Source: Octopus sinensis
Lineage: Eukaryota
Direction of reading: 5' to 3'
DNA length: 64,000 nucleotides
NCBI RefSeq assembly: GCF_006345805.1
Contig: NC_043006.1
Span: 24,428,001-24,492,000 of the forward strand
Shown: one piece after another, positions 11,791 to 25,236 of the stretch
Layout of the letters: each line of letters opens with the position of its first letter
Position numbering within the stretch: position 1 is the stretch's first letter
Program-made: the position numbers and the translations under genes
The notes under the pieces: generated by a model
What the model was told of the DNA's origin: nothing
The model's database searches: none
The model's input: the letters and a program-made list of their open reading frames with translations, nothing else

Positions 11791-13645
11791 TTTAGTAAAT
11801 GGAAACTGCAAGAGAACCATCGTGTGTGTGTGTGTGTATGTATGTGTGCATATGTACTCTCATATTTTCATCATGGAATGCTTATAAATAAGCATTGCTA
11901 TCATACAAGTGATGTTTGTGAAATATGAACAACAGGTCTGGCCTTGGGAAGTGTTACCTTGCTTGGAAGCAAGTGAAGGTTGGCAACAGGAAGGACATCT
12001 GCCTCAACAAATTCTGTTTGAATTGTACAAACATGGGAAAGTGGGCATTAAATGATGATGATGATGATGATGTATGCATGTATACTGTTAGATGTTCCTG
12101 GTCATGCCAAGACACTTCCATTTATATAAGTTCTACAAACCTGCATATTAGGTCTGTCTATGTGGTTAAGAAGAGAGTGTGTGTGTGCGAGCGTGCGTGT
12201 GTGTGCATGCATGTGAGTAAATTTGTATTTCCTTCAAATTCAAAGGTTGTAAACAATAGCTTCGCTGACAGTGTTGCTTGCTTGAAGTCAACCATGTAAG
12301 CATGTCTCAGTTTCTTGATGTATTTTGAAATACTGCACAATCTTTGTAAACAAAATACCTATTCATATGGTGCTATCTGTTTCCAGACAAAACATGTCTG
12401 GGCTGTTTTTGTTCTGTAGACAGGGAAATTATTACTTTTCTTGAAAACAAGTGGTGGTTGATGTCAGGAAGGGTATTTGGTCATAGGAAACTGCCCAAAA
12501 TAGACTCATCTGGTCAATGCAAGCAAGCAGGGCCACTTATAAAGGAGTATTCTTAATGTTACTCTTTTGCTCTTCACAGTAATTCAATCATGCTAGGTCA
12601 CACACTTCAGGGGCTTTTGTTATTTATATTAGCTTCAGTATTTTATCTGGTACTCATTTAATCATCCTATTAAAGAAGGGCAAAAGTAAATGAGGTAACA
12701 AAAAAAAAGATATACCAATACAGGGATTTTTGTTCAATGCACTAAATTCATTTTCCATCCATATTGATGCTTATGTGTGTATATCTGTGTGTAGTTGTTT
12801 GGTCATACCCACCACTTTCACCAGGCTTCCCTACAGTTTTCGTATCTCAAATTTCACAAACAAGGTTTTGAACCCTGAATCACAATTGTGAAATAAATTT
12901 CTCAGCCACATAGACAATACCTAACCTACAGGTTTGTAAAACTTATGTCTATATACAAACATTACATACATATACACGTTCAACAGACTTCTTTCAGTTT
13001 CTGTCAACTCCCGAGACTTTTGCTGGCTCAGGGCTATAGTAGAAGACAATTGCCTAAGGTGCTACGGAGTGAGATCGAGCCTGAAAGTACATGGTTGAGA
13101 AGCAATTTTCTTAACCACACAACTATGTATAACAATTGTGACTATTTATTTGCATGAAAATAGAAAGATAAAATTTAAACTTTGAATCATAAAAATAGGG
13201 TTGAGAAGAGATAAAAGGTTCAACCAAGAGAAAAAGATAGTAACGGCCTAGTTTTTAAAACAATTTACTACCTTTATCACAATGAACAAGAATAATTTAA
13301 TATTTTATCCAACTCAACTAGAGAACCCCCTCACATTTTTCTATGAATAAAACATACAAATTCTCAGTATAAATATTTTGGTGTTAGTAAAATGCATCAC
13401 GTCAACAAAAATAATTGATTTTCACATATCCCTCTGGCATACACTGGCTTTCACAACTATCTCTCAATATCTAACATTTATGCATTTACTTTTATACCAT
13501 TATATCAGATAAAGAAGGATCATGGAAAATAAAATAGGTTAGCTTGAAAGGGTAAATAGTGGTATGATATGGCACTTAGATAACCAGATAGCAAGTTGAA
13601 TTAAGAATGATTGTGATCAACTGAATTCAACTGGTGTTTGGTTTA

Positions 13646-14466
13646 TGAGGTGGTATCAAAAGGTTCCCGAACTAGTTATGTTTAATAAAAAAATAGCTTG
13701 TGTAAGTTTTAACACCATCTTCTTCGAAATTGTCACATTGCACAGCAATACACCAATCCCAGTGTTCCTGCTGCTTTTGCAATCTGGCCTAGAAGTCATT
13801 TTCTGTAAGCGAGTTGAGGACCTTCTGCAATTTGCATTTGATCTTGACATTGGTGTTAAAATGGCAACCTCTGAGCTGCATTTTTATCTTCAGGAAAAGA
13901 TGGAAGTCTGCAGGGCTAAATCTGACGAATAGGGCAGAGGCGATACCATGTTGTGTTTGGCAAGAAACTTACGAGTGAGGAGAGCTTGGTGACATGGTTC
14001 ATTGTTATCATGAAGAATCCAATTCTTCACCTTCCATAGATTTGGTTTGCTTTCATTGAATGTCCTCCCTCAAACGCTTCAAAATGTCGATAATTGTCCT
14101 CCAATGATCCTCATGTACAAGATGATGAATTTTCTCCGCATTTCTGGAGGTGACACATTTGGCAGGTCTTCCAGATCACTCATTGTCTTCTAGGAACATT
14201 CTTCCACTTTTGAATTAAACGTGCCACTTGAAACATTGTGTATAACCCATTGTCTCATCACCATAAGCTTAATGTTTCTACAGCAGACTTCCCAAGTTTA
14301 ATGCAAAATTACATATGATCATAAAAACACAAATTTCACAACAGTGATGTCATTCAGCACACTGCCTCATGAAGGTTACAGTGAGCTCTCATTGCGCATG
14401 CAAAAATGTGCTGCCATCTGTTGGCATGCTAAAGAACTTGTCTGGGAACTTCTTGATACCACCTCA
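13646..14466 (-). mobile_element. Internally deleted mariner element with both TIRs and TA target duplication
   Basis: TA|TGAGGTGGTATCAAAAGGTTCCC ... GGGAACTTCTTGATACCACCTCA|TA. Minus-strand remnants read WILHDNNEPCHQALLTRKFLAKHNM and PYSSDLA/ADFHLFLKIKMQLRG (a YSPDLAPxD-type motif). Confidence 0.9.
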
Positions 14467-16244
14467 TATTGTAACAATGAGCATAGAAACTACCTGAAGT
14501 AGCCTGCTTTATAAAGGATCACCCATGCTTCAGCCACTGGGATGGGGGTCTCAACAGACTCATTTAACTTGCAAGAAATAGCAGCTATATTTCTCCCCAA
14601 ATCACATACATTGTCCATTATGTAAGGAAAAACTAGACAATTTAGTCCCAGATGAGCTGTCCAAAACAGATAAGACTGTAACAGATCCAAGAAACACCCT
14701 AAATATTTCCAACAATCATATGTCAAAGTATCCATTTCTAAATGTCTACTTCTTAACTTAACCAAATACCACCTCAAAAGTCATCAGAACTTATTCAGAC
14801 TATATATGGCTGTCCTTATTGATACACAGCTTACAGGCAGTGACTACATAAGGAAGGTCAACTTCATTTTCAACAGTAGCCACTCAAAGGATGAGAGACA
14901 TCTAGCCATGGTTTTAGTTTTGGGGGCAAAACCAAAGAAGTTTATTTAATTAAAAGTTTGATCAAATATGTATCACACTGTATTTAATATTTCTCTACAG
15001 GATGCAAACCACATCAGCATTCCAGGTCCCCCACAAATGATATCATCAACTAAAGCAATGAAGTGAAATTCTTATCATGACTCTCTTTCTGTCTCTTTTT
15101 CTTGAAAATGATTCAGAGAACCTCTGAATCTGCTTCAAGAGCAACATAATCCCTGCTTAATAACTAACACCAGGACTGACCCTGATTACTGAGTCCCATG
15201 GAACTTGAAAGGTGGAATTAAATGGACAGGTGATTTTAGAGCTGCTTTCTTATGGCTAAAACTTCAGTTTCTTGACATTCAGGGAATAGAGTGAGGAGTG
15301 CTGAAGTTCTACTTCTAGTAAGTAGATAATTATTTTTGCAATAAAATCATTTCAGAGACTTAATTTTATTATGTATGATGGGTAACTGATCTGTCACACA
15401 AACTCACTGGTAGAGCAAAACTGAACAAAGTCCATGCCAATAAGGAATCTAGTATATTGTCACTTGACCTGCTTAAAATAGCAACTACAGATATTACCCT
15501 GCTATCTCAAACATAAAGATGGAACATGTTACATAAAGTAATCTGAACTACCTTGTTTTAAAGACAAGATGAATGACTGGAATGCCTGATCAGAGTTGAC
15601 TTAGGATTAAGCAACAATGTGTTATGATTGATCTGTGTGGGGATACAGCAAGGATTCAGAGAAACCCCAATGTTCTATTAGTTTTAAGGACTTTGCTGCA
15701 GCTGAATCACTAGAGAGAAATATAAACAGTTGTTGTTACTTTAAACCAGTGCAGAACATCATCTCTGCCACCTCAATTGTAATACTGGAGCTCCCAGGAC
15801 ATCAAAACCATGAATAGGATTATTATATTCTACATGGTAAATAAATACTAGTGGTGATACTGAAGGAGGAAGAGGAATAGATGTTTAAAAGTATCCACTT
15901 GTATGCCTGGCAATTCAGCATGGTTTCAAAGAGAATCAAGGATGTTAATATCTATATCTTCTCTAGAAACACAAAAAAACCCACAGTAATTGTTGCAGTA
16001 GCAGAGAAATCTTGCTTTCTTTGGAAGTGAAAACACTAGGCTAGCTAGAACACTGCTTGTAACAGTACAAGAGGTTGTAGGATGAAGACTGGCCAAAAGA
16101 CAATATGGAATACTACTGCAGCTAATTCACGATAGATATGAGCCTTTCTATAATCAGCAATTAACAGGGGATAACACAATCCATTTGTTGACTTTGCAGT
16201 AGCAATTTTATTATTTTACCACTGATCATTTCAATTAACTATAT

Positions 16245-16445
16245 TCTTTTATTTGTTTACTTGTTTCAGTCATTCAACTGCAGCCATGCTGGAGCACCAC
16301 CTTTAGTTGAACACATTGACCTCAGGAATTATTCTTTGTAAGTCTATTGGTCTCTTTGGCCAAACCACTAATTTATGGGGACACAGACACATCGGTCGTC
16401 AAGCGATGGTGGGGTGGGGTGAGGGACAAACAAACACAAATATAT
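16245..16445 (-). mobile_element. SINE family A, 3' half
   Basis: Matches the tail (aggtggtgctccagcatggctgcag..tgactgaaacaagtaaa) of the full copy at 56291. Confidence 0.75.
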
Positions 16446-16845
16446 ACATATACATACATATATTTATATACATAATAAAGCTCAATGTCTGTGTGTCTGT
16501 ACAATCCATAGGATGAAAGGGAATAGAAGATACATAAAAACAAAGTATGTTCTCATGTAAAATTTTATGAGAAAGAAGATGAGCTACATAAAATTTACTT
16601 TCCACTGCGATTAGGGGGCTTGGCAAACACCTGTGAAATTTCAAATAACCCAGATTTCAATGAAAATAACAACATCACTACTAGGTATTAAATAAAGACG
16701 ATTTTCAAAATTTGACCATCTTACAATATTATTTATAACACCTTTTGAAAGTGCAAATACATCCATGTTTCATGGAAGATACATAAAACTTAAGTATGTG
16801 TTCTTGGAATAAGTGTACAACAAAACTTCAACAATGCATATCTCA

Positions 16846-16892
<47 letters not shown>

Positions 16893-16893
<1 letters not shown>

Positions 16894-17201
16894 GAGGTGC
16901 AATGGCCCAGTGGTTAAGGTAGCGGACTCGCGGTTATAGGAGTGTGGTTTCGATTCCCAGACTGGGCATTGTGAGTATTTATTGAGCGCAAACATCTAAA
17001 GCTCCACGAGGCTCCGGCAGAGGGTGGTGGTGAACCCTGCTGTACACTTTCACCGCAACTTTCTCTCACTCTTTCTTCTGTGGGCCTGCACACTTAGCCA
17101 GTGGGGTGGCATCATTTTAAGGCTAAAACAATGTGAAGCGCATTGTAACCAGCAATGTGTAGCAGCATCTGATAGCCTGGTCGGTCACGTGATCACGTGA
17201 T
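16893..17201 (+). mobile_element. tRNA-derived SINE, family C
   Basis: A box TGGCCCAGTGG and B box GGTTTCGATTCC, then a ~230-nt non-tRNA body ending gtcacgtgatcacgtgata. Confidence 0.75.
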
Positions 17202-17264
17202 ATATATATACACACACACACACATACACATAATAAAAATAATAATAATAATAGCAATAAAAAC

Positions 17265-18100
17265 ATGGTTTTGACCTCTGAGGACAACCCCAACAGAATT
17301 AAATTTATGTCTAATAATTCTAAGATCAAGAATTCTATATACCAATGTAAAATTTCTTGCGGTCCCGATGTCTACTTCTACATTGGCGCATCCTCTTCCC
17401 AGTTATCTAACAGAATTTCCAATCATTATTCTTCATTTAGGGATAGCAGTAAACGTTATAGCACAGGGCTAAGTAAATTGGTTTGGTATCTTAAAGACAA
17501 CAATAAAGATTTTAAGTTAAATTGGTTCATCCTGTCCATATCTTTTCCTTATGATAAGGGCAAAGGATTTTGTAACATTTGCAACTCTGAACTCTTCCAT
17601 ATTCTCTTCTCTAAGAATCACCTTGTTAACACACTTATATAGCGATCGTACAAATGTAAGCACTGGCAGAAACATACCTTTAGCGCATATAAGTGATTTT
17701 TACCAGTCTTTATAGTTTGAACATTTAGTTCAACTTGCACTTTACTTCAATAGAGAAATCTACTTCCAAATCTTTGAATACATTTTTCAACCAATATATC
17801 CCTCTTTATTTGTTCTCTACTAATTATTTCTTTACCCCCATCTCTTCCTAGGGTCTGCCTTTGATGTCAAATCTACTAATGGTTTTTTTTTAAAATACTT
17901 AATAACATTCTGTTTATCCTTTATGCAGTCATCAAAATTGTTATAATGTCTTGTTGTTGAGTTAGGCTCTCTTTCTTTCCTGATGAGAAGATAGCATTTT
18001 ACACCATTTATTCTTTGGAATAAAACCAATGTTGTCTTCGAAAAATATGTCGAAAGTAAAAGAATTTGAATAGAATCTGCATTCAACTCCATTTATTTAC
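17265..18100 (+). mobile_element. 3' portion of a Penelope-like retroelement: GIY-YIG endonuclease plus 3' region carrying a hammerhead motif
   Basis: ORF NSIYQCKISC..YIGASSSQLSNRISNHYSSF..STGLSKLVWYLK..LNWFIL..CNICNSELFHIL..LVN has the GIY-YIG core and CxxCxxE motif. The frame continues past one TAG (RSYKCKHWQKH) to TGA at about 17696. 5' truncated, no RT. Confidence 0.85.
17975..18056 (+). ncRNA. Type I hammerhead ribozyme motif with long stem II and one stem III substitution
   Basis: Stem I CTTTC/GAAAG; core CTGATGA (17980-17986); 12-bp stem II GAAGATAGCATT/AATGTTGTCTTC; GAAA (18040-18043); stem III AAATATGT, one base from the palindrome ACATATGT; GUC site ending at 18051. Confidence 0.75.
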
Positions 18101-18271
18101 TTATATATACATATATATATGCATGCATACATACATACATACATACAAATATATATATATATATATACATATATATGTATTTATGTGTATTTTTCAAAAT
18201 GTGACCTCGTGTGTACCGTTGGCGATTTTTTTCCCTCTGTCTTCCCTTCTCTGGATCTTTCCTTCTCCTAT

Positions 18272-18306
18272 GTTTCCGACGAAGAGCTCCACTCGAAACG
18301 TTAAAC
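18272..18306 (+). ncRNA. Minimal type I hammerhead motif with variant core CCGACGA
   Basis: GTTT-CCGACGA-A-GAG(CTCCA)CTC-GAAAC-GT-T-AAAC: stem I GTTT/AAAC, 3-bp stem II, loopless palindromic stem III ACGT, GUU site. Confidence 0.65.
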
Positions 18307-18394
18307 TTTCCTTCTTTCCTGAGCGTCCAATAATACTATATTTGTTCGACGTCCTCGCATTGTTGTGTTTTTTTGTGCTTTCTTGTTTGGATTA

Positions 18395-18817
18395 ACATTA
18401 TATATATACATATATATACATACATATATGTACATACATATACACATATATATATACATACATATATGTACATACATATACACACATATATGTACATATA
18501 TACACACATATGTACATACATATACATACATACATATATATATACATACATATACATACATACATATATATATACATACATATACATATATATACACATA
18601 CATATATATACACATACATATATATACACATACATATATATACACATACATATATATACACATACATATATATATATACATACATATACATATATATATA
18701 CACATACATATATATATATATATACATACATACATATATATACATATACATACATACATATATATATACACATACATATATATATATATATACATACATA
18801 CATATATATACATATAC

Positions 18818-18850
<33 letters not shown>

Positions 18851-19394
18851 CATGCATACATACATATATATATACATACATATATATATATACATGCATA
18901 CATACATATATATATACATACATACATATATATATACATATATATATACATGCATACATACAATATATATACATACATACAATATATATACTACATAATA
19001 TATACATACATATATATATACATACGTACATATATATACATACATATATATATACATACATACGTACATATATATACATACATACGTACATATATATACA
19101 TACATATATATATACATACGTACATATATATACATACATACGTACATATATATACATACATATATATATACATACGTACATATATATATATACATACATA
19201 TATATATACATACGTACATATATATATATACATACATATATATATACATACGTACATATATATATATACATACATATATACGTACATATATAATACATAC
19301 ATATATATCCATACGTACATATTATACATACAACATATATACATACATATACATATACATCATATAATATATATCTATGTATACATATATAATA

Positions 19395-19429
<35 letters not shown>

Positions 19430-20828
19430 GTATATACATATATATATATATACATATTATATATATAATATATATATATATATACATACATATATATATA
19501 TACATACATACATAATATATATAGACATTATATATCTATATATAATATATATTATAATATACATACATATATATATATACATACATACATACATAGAATA
19601 TATATACATACATATATATATATATATATATACATGCATACATACATAGATATATATATATATATACATGCCTACATACATATATATACATACACATATA
19701 TATATATACATACACATATATACATACATACACATATATACATACATATATATATATATATCATATACATACATATATATACATACATATACATATATAC
19801 ATATACACATATATATATATACATATACATACATATATATACATATACATACATATATATACATATACATACATATATACATATATACACATATATATAT
19901 ACACACATACATATACACACATATATGCATACATATATACACATATATATACATATATATACCCATATATATATATACATATATATATATATACACACAC
20001 ATATATATATACCCATATATATATATATACATATATATATATACACACACACATATATATATACACACACATATATATATACCAATATATATATATACAT
20101 ATATATAACACACATATATATACACACACATATATATACATATATATACATATACATACATATATACATATATATATATACATACATATACATGTATACA
20201 TATATATATATACATACATATACATATATACATACATATATATACATATATATATACATACATATACATATATACATATATATATATACATACATATACA
20301 TATATACATATATATATATACATACATATACATATATACATACATATATATACATATATATATATACATACATATACATATATATATATATATACATACA
20401 TATACATATATACATACATATATATACATATATATATATACATACATATACATATATACATACATATATATACATATATACATACATATATATACATATA
20501 TACATACATATATATACATATATACATACATATATATACATATATATATACATATATACATATATATACATATATACATATACATATATATACATATATA
20601 CATATACATATATATACTTACATATACATATATATATTATACATATATACATATACATATATATATACTTACATATATATACATTATATATACATATATA
20701 TACTTACATATATATACATTTATATTACATATATATATATATACATATATAATATATACATTATATATACATATATATATATTATATAATATATACATAT
20801 ATATATATACATATATATATATATACAC

Positions 20829-20875
<47 letters not shown>

Positions 20876-20949
20876 CACATAATATATATATATATATATA
20901 TATATACATTATATATATATACACATATATATATATATATATATATAAC

Positions 20950-21035
<86 letters not shown>

Positions 21036-21046
21036 CATATATATAC

Positions 21047-21108
<62 letters not shown>

Positions 21109-21175
21109 CATAATATATATACATATACATAACATATATATACATATATATATATATACATATACATATATCTAC

Positions 21176-21224
<49 letters not shown>

Positions 21225-21262
21225 TATATAATAACATATACATATACATATATATACATATT

Positions 21263-21294
<32 letters not shown>

Positions 21295-22287
21295 GTTCAG
21301 AAGGGCATCCAGCTGTAGAAACACTGCCAGATCTGACTGGCCTGGTGCAGCCTTCGGGCTTGCCAGACCCCAGTTGAACCGTCCAACCCATGCTAGCATG
21401 GAAAGCGGACGTTAACGATGATGATGATGATGATGATATATTATACCTATATATACAATACATATATATATAACATATTACATATACATAATATATTATA
21501 CATATATACATATACATATAACATATACATATATACATATACAAGATATATACATATATATATATACATATACATATATATATATATATACATATACATA
21601 TACATATATATACATATATATATATACATATACATATATATACATATATATATACACTATACATATATATACATATATATATATACATATACCACATATT
21701 ATATATATACATATACAATATACATATACATACAATATACATACATATTACACAATAATACATATATATACATAAATAACATATACATATATATCATATA
21801 TATACATATTATACTAATATACATATACATATAACATATATATATATAATATTACATATATATACATATATATATATACATATACCATATATACATATAT
21901 ATATATACATATATACATAATATACCATATATACTATACAATACACAACATTATATACATATACATACATATATATACATATACATATTATACATATATA
22001 TACATATACATACATATATATTAACATATACTACATTATACATATTATACATACATATATATATACCTATACATATATATATATACATATAGATATATAT
22101 ACATATAGATATATATACAATATATATAATACATATATATATACATATATATATATATACATATATATATATACATATATATATATACATATACATATAT
22201 ACATATACATATATATATACTATACATATATATACTTATATATACATATACATATATACATATATACATATACATATATATATATAT
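18395..22287. repeat. About 3.9-kb compound (TA)/(CA)/(TACA) microsatellite
   Basis: Directly visible. Interrupted at 21297-21436 by a SINE tail. It explains all the Y/I/H/T/M/C/V-rich ORFs in the track. Confidence 0.98.
21297..21436 (+). mobile_element. 3' end of the (GAT)n-tailed SINE-like repeat embedded in the microsatellite
   Basis: gaagggcatccagctgtagaaacactgcc...aacccatgctagcatggaaagcggacgttaacgatgatgatg. Confidence 0.85.
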
Positions 22288-25195
22288 GTTGAAGTGGAAA
22301 ATGGATGTATGGGAGTGAGAGAGAGAGAGAATGAAACTTTGAAAATGCAATTTTTTGCAAATTTTATTTCCAAAATCAGATCCTCCATAACCAAAATTGT
22401 GAGATTCCATAAAAAAAAAATAATCAATATATATCTATTTTACTAGAAGTTATGACGGGAAAATCAGATCCTGTGAATTTACTGAAAGCCCCCTCCTCAT
22501 CACCACCCCCTGGTCGTCAGCGTGCATTTTTTTTTTTATATTTATCGCCCACATATTTGTTAACACCCACCAGACTGGTTAATCTATATTTCTATTTTGC
22601 TCCCATGTGAGGATCTTTAAATTGGCAAAAAAAAGATTGGATGGTCATGTTGGAATGCTTTGACTGCAGGTTTATTGTGAATGGAGAAAAATAAGGTAGT
22701 GAATAATATGAAGGTCCCCCAATGTATTTTTATCGAAATAATTTGATCACCCCCACACACTTTTTTATTCACATTTTTTTGTTATTATCTAAATCCCTTG
22801 ACTCATTTTATAAGTCATTAGTTTTAATTCAAACAAAATAAAAGCTCTAATTTGCATTTTGAATCAGGAGTGGCCTTGAGCTAAACAATGTGCAAAAACA
22901 TAACCTCAAGCCTTGCCTTTCCAGGTATACTCCCTCCCTTGCCACCAAATTCCAACATGTGTATGTACATGTAGGAATTCATAAACATGTGCATGCACAC
23001 GTGAGAGCGCGCACACACACACACACAAATTAGTTGATCTACATACATTTGTACTTTCAAACATATAGCTAAAAATACAAGGAATTCTTTAAACTAAAAG
23101 AAATTTTAAGAAATAGCAATATAACCATCCCCAGCACACACAATAGAGTTGAGACATGAAGTAGTGAGAGAGAGAGGAGAGAGAGAGAGAGAGAGAGAGT
23201 GAGTGAGTGAGTGAAAGGGACAGGGGGGGGGAGGTAGAGGCTGACTGATGGCCTATAGATAGATATATCAATGATGACTCACTCAGTACAATAACAAACA
23301 TGAAATCACAGAACTTTGATGAGTGGCAGAAGCTGTTTATTCTGTGGCAAAGAAATGTTAGACACAATAATAATGACAGCCATCATTGCCATCATCATTA
23401 TCAACAACAAAAAAGTGGTGAGCTAGCAGAATCATAAGCATGCTTGATGAAAAGCTTCAGGGCATTTTGTCTTTAAATTCTGTGTTCATATTCTGCAGAG
23501 GTTGATTTTAGCTGTCATCCTTTCATGATGAAATAAGGACCAGCCGAGTACTAGGGTTGATGTAATTGACTAAACCCCATCTAAAAATATTGGCTTTGGG
23601 TCAAAATTAGGGAGAAGAAGTATTATTATTCAATAAGAAATTATTATCTACATACATGCATTTATAACAATTAGCAGCTTATTGAGTAATTTAAAATTAA
23701 CCATCAAAACATCAGCAATGAGATCATTGATAAATGAACATGCTGTTATTTGCTTTATTGAAATGGAGGACTTCACTGAAGGTTTCCACTGACTTATTTA
23801 GTACAAACAATATTGAATTACAAGTTATCATTAGGGCTTGTTTTGACACCAAGACAATGTTTTTCATATTCTGAATTTTGGACAGGGCAACATGCATTCA
23901 TTTTAGCACAAAACAGCACAACATATAACTTTTTAACTCCAGTCTGTTTACTGCTTTAAAAAAAAAAAAAACTAAAGACAGTGTTCCAAATATCCTTTTT
24001 AATTTGAAACAGGACCCCACACATGAATTCAGGACAGATGCAAAACATGATATAAATCAATGCAATGTTTGCCAAAACTGTTCACATCATGGTTGAACAA
24101 TTTTCAACTCTAATACAATGATAAACACAAAAAACAAAAATTACATAAATAATTTAAAATCAAAGAGCTGAAAGGAAGATGCACAAGAATGAGCATAAAT
24201 ATATACATGGACACAAACATGTGCATGCAGACTAGAATTTTAAAGTAAATAAGCAACATATCTAACCTGTAACTGGTAGGAATACAAGATACTTGGTCTT
24301 GTACAATTCCATATTGGCAAGAGTTACACAATATTTATACTCCATCAAAACATTATCCATTGTCTTGTGTACATGTTGCATACAGACAGGTGGTTTGGGA
24401 AAGGTGTGTTGATTTGTGTGTGTGTGTGCTTGTGTGCACATGAAGAAAAACTAAACTGTAGATCGTGAGTTGACAAGAGTACAATAAAAAAATTAACAAC
24501 TACAAAAGCACAAGAAGGGAATGATGAAAGTACTCTTGTAGTGATAGTACCAATGAGAAGAAAACTGTTTACACAGAGATGACAGAGGAATCAATCATAT
24601 TAGAAGGAGCCAGTGGATCCAGAAGGCAGTTATTCTTTGATCAGACTGTATTTTCAACAACCAGAAATAACAACAAAGGTGTTTTCGTTAATGGGCTGCA
24701 ACAAAGTAGCTTTGCTTCCAAATATATTATTAGAGAGTAAAGTGTGGGGCAATTTACAATCAGCTTGTTATCATTGTCAGTTTATGGAAAGAGAAGGAAC
24801 AGCAGTATCAAATGTAGGGGCAGTAGCAGCAGCAATGGTAGTGGCAACGATTGTAGTAGTAATAGTAGTAGTAGAAGCAGCAGCAGCAACAATACTAGTT
24901 GCACATAAAGCAACAGAAGTAGAAGCTTTAATAACAGCCAGCTACACATGTAATCAATAAATCAATTCTGAGAGAGAATGTGGGGTGCATGCAGATGCAC
25001 TGTTGCTAGTGATGGTAGTGGTGATGAAGAATCTAGTGTAATTTCATATAAGTAACCTGACAGAACACTTTATACACACAGCATCCATTCCCTCACCTAC
25101 CTTTATTCATTACTTGTCTGTGTGTTCTTTCACATCAAAGCAAATGAGTGGACAGTTACATTTAGGTGTGCATGTGTGTCACATGTACATTCAGC

Positions 25196-25236
<41 letters not shown>

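Noticed and set aside
16893-16975. tRNA gene candidates (also near 9821, 56291 and 57561)
   Set aside because: They have A/B boxes but no complete cloverleaf I could fold, and each continues into a dispersed repeat body. They are SINE heads.
18119-22427. Many long ORFs (up to 389 aa) rich in Y, I, H, T, M, C and V
   Set aside because: They are translation artefacts of the TA/CA microsatellite, open on both strands because the repeat lacks stop codons.
24613-24960. 115-aa ORF with an Ala/Val-rich hydrophobic stretch
   Set aside because: It derives from a degenerate (GCA/GTA)n trinucleotide tract and has no recognisable domain or splice support.
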